The translations under genes were made by a program, and so were the position numbers. The notes below the pieces were generated by a model. It did no database searches and was not told the DNA's origin. It saw nothing but the letters and a program-made list of their open reading frames with translations. DNA of 64,000 bases, taken from Orbicella franksi. Lineage: Eukaryota. The stretch covers positions 1,240,001 to 1,304,000 of the forward strand of contig OZ116710.1 in assembly GCA_964199315.1 (NCBI GenBank), written 5' to 3'. Positions 63,650-64,000 of this stretch are shown here, piece after piece (positions within the stretch are counted from its first letter, which is position 1; every line of letters starts with the position of its first letter).

Positions 63650-64000
63650 CTGTTAAGAACAAAAGGAGATCAAACTAAATTAATCAAACAATCAAACAAT
63701 CAGACAAAGTGCATACAAGACTGCATTGTCTCTAAGAACTCCCAGTATGTTCCAGACGCACTCTTTACCATCAATTTTTGCCATTGTTTACCTTTGTATG
63801 ACCGATTGTCTTTTACCACATTTATTTAGACGCGAATTGTATTATATGTAAGTAACAAAAGCAGGATGCAAAGCAACCATTTAGTTCAAGCAGACGCCTA
63901 ATGTTTATTGTGGTCAAAAGGTCGCCCTTGCTTCTCAGGACACTGGAGGACTCTCTAACCACAGGTTACCCAATTAAACAAATCATAAAAGGTAAAGTAA

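Noticed and set aside
1-64000. CRISPR array, operon or bacterial contig
   Set aside because: No regularly spaced repeat-spacer array; genes have spliceosomal introns and low density. Even the bacterial-like repeats sit in GT-AG exons, so contamination does not explain them.

Overview
Eukaryotic genomic DNA: AT-rich, GT-AG introns, one 200-N gap at 7201-7400. The repeat families suggest a stony coral or other anthozoan (inference). I reconstructed exon chains by hand with splice phases checked. Genes: (1) the 3' part of a Cys-rich type I membrane protein (+, ends 2899); (2) a decayed multi-exon gene on the minus strand (about 8.6-11 kb, perhaps 6.7-14.7 kb) whose product resembles bacterial giant-adhesin Ig/cadherin-like repeats; (3) PM20D2 (-, 3 exons, 404 aa); (4) DNAJA2 (-, 12 exons, 403 aa, ends CAHQ), hosting a box C/D snoRNA antisense to 18S rRNA in intron 7; (5) an intronless two-TM APD1-4-domain-like protein (+, 47430-49283); (6) 13 exons of a REJ-GAIN/GPS-SEA single-pass polycystin-1-like protein (-, continuing beyond the window end). 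The rest is MITEs, tRNA-derived SINEs, a Penelope-like fragment with a minimal hammerhead ribozyme, and two related GGGAC-ended DNA elements carrying acidic-tailed coding cargo. All family assignments come from motif recognition, not database searches.
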